The notes under the pieces were generated by a model. That model worked only from the letters and a program-made list of their open reading frames with translations. It was not told where the DNA came from and searched no databases. A DNA stretch of 64,000 nucleotides from Eledone cirrhosa. Its lineage: Eukaryota. Position 1 is the stretch's first letter, and the number at the start of each line of letters is the position of its first letter. Position numbers and translations under genes: made by a program. This document shows, piece after piece, positions 56,337-64,000 of this stretch. The DNA is taken from contig OZ024749.1 in NCBI GenBank assembly GCA_964016885.1, positions 11,966,001 through 12,030,000 of the forward strand, read 5' to 3'.

Positions 56337-59268
56337 GGTCTTGTGTAGTTATAATACAACTTTGTTATTAGGTTTTGTGTGGGTAAAATTTGAGGAGAGG
56401 ATAAATAAAATTTACATTTGATTAAAACAAACTGGGAAGTGGAAGAATAAAAATATTGGTGGCATGGTGGAGAAATTATTTAGTGTGCGTGTGTATATAC
56501 ACACACACAAATCAAGTTTTATAGAAAATAGTGTTTTGTTTGAAAGTTCCCACAATGTGAATTGGATGGTAAATGTTAAATACTGATGATGTTGTAGGTC
56601 CTTATATATTGGGGTGTTTCCTTGTAGGTCCTTATATATTGGGATGTTACCTTGCAGTTCTTTATAGGTCCTTTAAGTATCATTTATAAATTCAGTTGGT
56701 TGTATTTTAGAAAGTGGGGGGGGGGGACTACAGCTGGTTACATGTATTTTTATAGACAAATACTTGAGGAATATTTATTAACAATGTGGCTCCTCAGTTT
56801 AAATAGGACCAGAAACTGGTTACTGTTTTTCCAAATATGTAGGGAATGCAGCTATCAATCACCAAATTATGTAAATCATTAAATGAAATTCCTTTTATAT
56901 TACTTTGAAACTAAGGTAGGACTGCGATTTAAATTTTGATTAATGATCAATATTTCAAGTTTACATTACATATATTTTTGTTTTTAAATATTCAGTTTAG
57001 ATTTAATAAAGGCTTTTAAAATGGGTTTCATTTTTTTTCTATCAAAATGTTCCATCACAGAAAAAATGAAAAAATAAAAAGATAAAAAATAAAAGAAAGC
57101 TAGACAAAAGAACGAAAATAAAGAGAAACTGGAATAAAAGGTTGGAGAAAAATATGGCAAAATAAGTGTCGGAACTATGCAGCAGCAAATAGTAATGATG
57201 ATGATGATGGTTAGTGGTAATGACACTAAAGATAGTGATGTTAATGATGATGATAGTGGTGTTGATGTTAAAGGTAGCACTAATGTTGACGATGATGATG
57301 GTGAGGATGGTAATGATGGTGAGGATGATAAGAACTGTGATTATGATTATGACAAGTGTCTTCATTTGCAGCTATCAAAGGCATAACAAAATAGCAAATA
57401 GTCAGTAAATAAGAAGTAAAAGAACTTGAGATCATCACCTTTTCAGACTATTTACTATGGCGAGAATTGTATTAGAGTAGGGTGTGGCTGTTTGGGGGTG
57501 CATATTAATTATTATTGAGGAAAAAAAAAAAAAGAAGATCCTATTGCCAGATCAGACCGAGGAAAATATGCCTCTATTGGTCTTTTCATTGCTGATTCAG
57601 TCTGCTGGTCATTGCTTCTGGCAGAAGAAAGGGAAGGAGCTGGTCATCAGATTGAACCAAGAAAACTGTTTCCATTGGTCTTTAAATTGCAGAACCTATC
57701 TGTAATAGTTACAGCTTCTGGCAGAAGGTGGTGGGGATTTAATTGAGAATACATAGAGCAGGATGGTGTAGCATAAAACATCCAACATAGAGCAGGATGA
57801 TGTAGCATAAAACATCCAACATAGAGCAGCCAATCCACAGCTATTTATATATTTTATTGAACTATGAAAGGATGAAAGATAACGTTGACTTGAGTAGGAT
57901 TTGAACAGAGAATTCAGTGAGCCAGAACAAATGTTGAGCTGTTTAATGTGACAGTTTAACGACTCTATCAATTAGTTATAATCAACCTACTAATTAAGAG
58001 AGCAATACAGGAGACGTTAACATTACTGATGATGATGATGGTAATGATGAAGAGAGTACTAGAAAAAAACAGACAGAGATAAATGGAGAAATGTGTTTGG
58101 CAAGAGAAGATAAGCGAAAAGAAAAAACGTGCTGACTTTTTGTCTGCTAAATGAGAGAGAGAGAGATAGAGAGAGAGTTAGTTGTTTATCACCACACAAA
58201 TACATCTCATTATACTAGAGTTTCAAAGCTCTACATGTGATTGCTGACAAGCACAGTCCATTTGAACTACTATTAGTGAGATAAGTAAGTGAATAAAGTT
58301 AGTTTGTTTTCTTTTTGTTCTTATATTAATACAGATGTTTGTTTTGTTGGGTCTATCTGTACATTAGTGGATGCCGGCATGTTTGTTTTTTGTTGTTTTG
58401 CTTGGTTTATCTGCCTGTAGGTACATGTACATATGTCTTATCTACATATTTCACTGAAATTTGCATTCACCCAAGTGTGATTCTGGCAACAAGATACTTT
58501 ATTTCACATTGTTCCATTCCACTAATTCAAAAGGCCAGCCTTGTCACACACTGAATTATGTTGAATCTCCCCAAGAACTACATTAAATGTAGAATGCTCA
58601 GTCACTTGCCTGTTATTTTCATGAGCAGGCTGTTCCATTGTTTGAACATCCGGAAAATTTGTTATTGGAACCAAAGAAGTTCCAACACAATGTATACAAA
58701 TTATATGTCATGTATGTAGATAATAACATTTAGGTGAGTTAATATATGTCATTCTAAGATTGGTAATAAGCAGCTGAGTGGAGGTGGAAAGTCAAATATA
58801 TTGACCACAGTATTTCACTGGTATTTTATTGACCTCAGAAGGTTGGAAAGCAAAGTCAACCTAGATGGGACTTGAACTCAGAACACAGAGTATTATGTCT
58901 GAGGCTCTGCAGATTCACCAGCCTCTACTTGATATGCAGCAGAATGTAGGTAGACTATCTGAAGTGGATTGTGTAATGTATGTGTATCTAGTATAGGTTA
59001 TATGTGTGTATAATATCTAGAGTAGGTTATGTAATGTGTGTATAACACCTAGGGTAGGTTGTGTAATGTATGCATAATGTCTAGAGCAGGTTATGTAATG
59101 TGTGTCATTCAATGTGTGCATGAATGAGTAAATGAAATTCCAATGCAAAACATAATGAGAAAACCTTATGGTGTAGTAGTAGACTTTCATAGCATAAGCA
59201 GGAATCTGATTCTCGTCTTCTGCACTAAGTACGTATTTTAGTGTTATCACACCTGTACTGTCACTTAC

Positions 59269-59277
59269 CTGCCGACA
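59269..59277 (-). CDS. Src42A: Putative 9-nt microexon of the Src42A-type kinase (TGTCGGCAG; adds V-S-A)
   Basis: ctag|TGTCGGCAG|gtaagt. Frame-preserving and stop-free in phase 1, which matches the next exon. Preceded by a 111-nt AG-free zone with a long U-rich tract. Confidence 0.65.
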
Positions 59278-59542
59278 CTAGGTGAGTAACCATCATCATA
59301 CGTCATTAATCAGGGTGATTAGTGAAATTAAAAAAAAAAATAAGAAAAAAAAAAGAAAAGAAAATGTAGTTAAAAATAGGATTGTCCATACTTTACAAAC
59401 AAAAGAAGAAAATTGGAATAAATTAAAACTGAAATGACATGGACTGTGTTGTGAAAGAATTTGTTGGTTGAAGAATGATGGAGAAAACTGGGGATATATA
59501 TATATGATGATGATGATGATGATGATGATGATATATATATAC

Positions 59543-60180
59543 ATCTACACCCAGAGCTTTCAATAACTGGGTAAGTTATCGGGAAAACGGAGAAGGGGGG
59601 GGGGATAGAAGAGAAAAGGGAAGAAAAGAGAAAACAGCGAAAAACAACAACAGACCGAGCAATGTGCGAGCAACTTAAGGTAAGAAAATCCAAGACCACA
59701 GCAATAAGAGAACTTAAGTTGAAGAGCGTGTGGGCGAGAGAAAAGACACACATCTGACCCCAGGGAGTTGTAAGTGAGAAAAGGACTACTAGAGGGTCAG
59801 GTGAGGGAAACAATGAGGTGGCTGTCAGAGAGAGGGAGAAAAGGAGAGGAAGCATGAGGGGTAAGAGTAGATAGTAACAAAATAGGTAGGTAGAAGGAAC
59901 CTTAAGTTGCTCGCACATTGCTTGGTTTGTTGTTTTTTTTCACTGTTTTCTCTTTCTTCCTTTTCCTTCTATTTTCCTTCCCTCTCTCCTCCATTTTCCC
60001 AATACTTACCCAGTTATTGAACACTCTGGGGGGTAGATATCTTATCTTTAAAGCAAGGAAATATCTGAGACCCCCAGTAGACAACTGATGAGGAAACTCT
60101 GCCCCGTTCTTGCTTTCTTCTTATTCCCACTCCGTTTTAAGCTACCTTAAATAGCAACTACACAGCCATTTCTATTCTCC
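59543..60180. mobile_element. Fold-back element with inverted arms of about 138 bp; possible Penelope-like pseudo-LTR remnant
   Basis: Arms at 59543-59681 and 59899-60038; CTGATGA-G-GAAAC at 60085-60097. Confidence 0.5.
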
Positions 60181-62215
<2,035 letters not shown>

Positions 62216-62279
62216 AATGACCATGCTGTAAAATGGAGGGGTAGAGAAGAGGGCCCTTGAGTCTAGTAAGACATCCTCT

Positions 62280-64000
62280 CTAGTGCTGGTGGCACAAATA
62301 AAAAGCACCCAGTCCATGCTGTAAAGTGGCGCTGGTGTTAGGAAGGGCATCCAACCAGTGTATCAATGCCAAAAAGCTTATCAGCACAGCAACAAAACAG
62401 CATAGAAAAATATGAAGACGTCGCATCTCAGAGTTGCAACACTTAATGTTGGCACTCTCAGAGGTAGGTCTGCTGAAAATAGCGGAGATGCTGGAGAGAA
62501 GGCAGGTGGATGTGTGCTGCGTGCAAGAGGTGAGATGGAGGGGTGCCTCTGCGAGACTAGTCGTAGGCAAGCGTCTTAGCTATAAGCTATTCTGGGTAGG
62601 TAAGGATGATGGGTTAGGGGGAGTAGGCATTTTCCTGGCTGAGAAATGGATCAATAAGACAATAGAGGTAGTTCGAGTAGTAATCGAATAATTAAGCTTA
62701 GATTAGTTGTAGGTAGGAGACTACTGACAATCATCTCGGTCTATGCTCCCCAAGCAGGCCTAGGCAAAGATGAGAAAGACTGCTTTTATGAGCAACTTTT
62801 GCAAACAACCACAATGACAGAGGACGGAGACATCGTTATGCTAGCAGGAGACTTCAATGGTCATGTTGGACAGCTCCAGGATGGTTACACTGGGGTACAT
62901 GGTGGGCACGGTTACGGTTCAAGAAATGAAGAAGGAGTGAGACTTCTTGAATTTTGTGATGCAAGTACATTGACTATTTGCAACACAAACTTCCAGAAAC
63001 CTGCCAATCACCTAATAACCTACAATCTGGTGAGCACATAAGCCAGATTGACTTCCTGCTAGTTAGGCAGCGGGACAGGCAGATAGTGTCTAATACCAAG
63101 GCATACCCTGGGGAAGAATGTACCCCACAGCATAGGTTAGTTGTTAGTGATATCTCAGTAAGCAAGAGATGGAATGAGACATATAGGAAGGTGTGGAGAA
63201 GAAAGGTCTGGAAGCTAAAAGACCTTTCACTAAAATTCAAATTTAGGAAAGCCCTTCAAGATGTATATGACGAAAAGAAGACGATTTAGAGACGTATGAC
63301 ATAGATAATAACTGAAGTTCTTACGTGACAACTTGCTGAAGGCTACTGATGAAACCTGTGGCTGGAGCAGAGCTCCAACCAGACAGAGAGTGACCTGGTG
63401 GTGGAACAGCAGTGTAGATAAGGCTATTAGAGACAAAAGACTAGCATGGAAGGCTTGGAATAAGGGTGGAGTAGGGAAGAATATACAGCCACTAAGAGAG
63501 AAGCTAGACGTCAGGTGTACTTAGCACGCAGGGAGGCAGAGAGTAGGAGGTTTGCCAATGTTCTGCGACGGGAAGATCAGAGGCGTGCGGTGTTCCACAT
63601 TGCAAGGCAGTGTGTCAATGCAAATCAGGATGTTGTTGGTGATAAATGTGTCCGGGATGATGCCGGTGTACTTAGTGTCACGAATGACCAGAAAAAGGAG
63701 GCCTGGAAATGTCATTATGAGAGACTGATGAATGTGGAGAACGAATGGGAGAGAGAGAAATTACCCTTGGTAGATCCGACAGAGGGACCAGCTATTGAGA
63801 TTGACGAATATAGGGTCCAAGAGGCGATTAGGGAAATGAAAAATGGTAAGGCGGCCGGACCATCGGGAATAGTTGCTGAGATGCTGAAGGCATCAGGGGA
63901 CGTAGGCACTAAACTGGTTGCACGCATAATCAATCAGGCTATATATGGTGGTGTCATACCCAAAGACTGGTGCAGCAGTATTCTCATAAATTGCTACAAA
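62280..64000 (+). mobile_element. Degenerate RTE-clade LINE 5' part (5' UTR, AP endonuclease, start of RT); runs off the window
   Basis: ATLNVGTL, VDVCCVQEVRW, GGVGI, SVYAPQ, AGDFNGHVG, SQIDFLL, TPQHRLVV, TWWWN and MKNGKAAGPSG motifs with frameshifts and stops. Confidence 0.92.

Noticed and set aside
57177-57408. Asp-rich and Met-rich ORFs
   Set aside because: Degenerate (GAT)n trinucleotide repeat.
59269-59299. Alternative first exon MMMVTHLVSA spliced to the kinase C-lobe
   Set aside because: It is in frame but would give a kinase lacking the N-lobe. The AG-free zone, pyrimidine tract and acceptor 9 nt before the donor fit a microexon better. Not strictly excluded.
60085-60097. Functional hammerhead at CTGATGA-G-GAAAC
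   Set aside because: Stem II is absent and stems I and III are poor; kept only as a possible relic.

Overview
AT-rich, repeat-saturated animal genomic DNA. The SINE/LINE repertoire and giant (TA)n arrays suggest a coleoid cephalopod such as Octopus (inference). One host gene is visible: the 3' half of a Src42A/FRK-type tyrosine kinase on the minus strand. It has three clear kinase exons (26834-26656, 23999-23843, 13964-13753) and a probable 9-nt microexon at 59277-59269, 32 kb upstream, that would insert three residues (V-S-A) before GKGRTLK. If so, everything from 26835 to 64000 other than the microexon is intronic. The rest comprises three multi-kb satellites, degenerate RTE-clade LINEs, tRNA- and RTE-derived SINEs, Penelope-like remnants with hammerhead-like motifs, Tc1/mariner-type and piggyBac-type DNA elements, and microsatellites. 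Main observations: (1) the microexon; (2) a 4.7-kb satellite whose unit is the host/transposon junction including the transposon TIR; (3) a Penelope-like insertion with 139-bp inverted arms, each folding into a variant type I hammerhead; (4) a cluster of bipartite RTE-derived non-autonomous elements embedded in microsatellites. Repeat boundaries are read by eye and approximate, and family names come from motif recognition rather than database searches.
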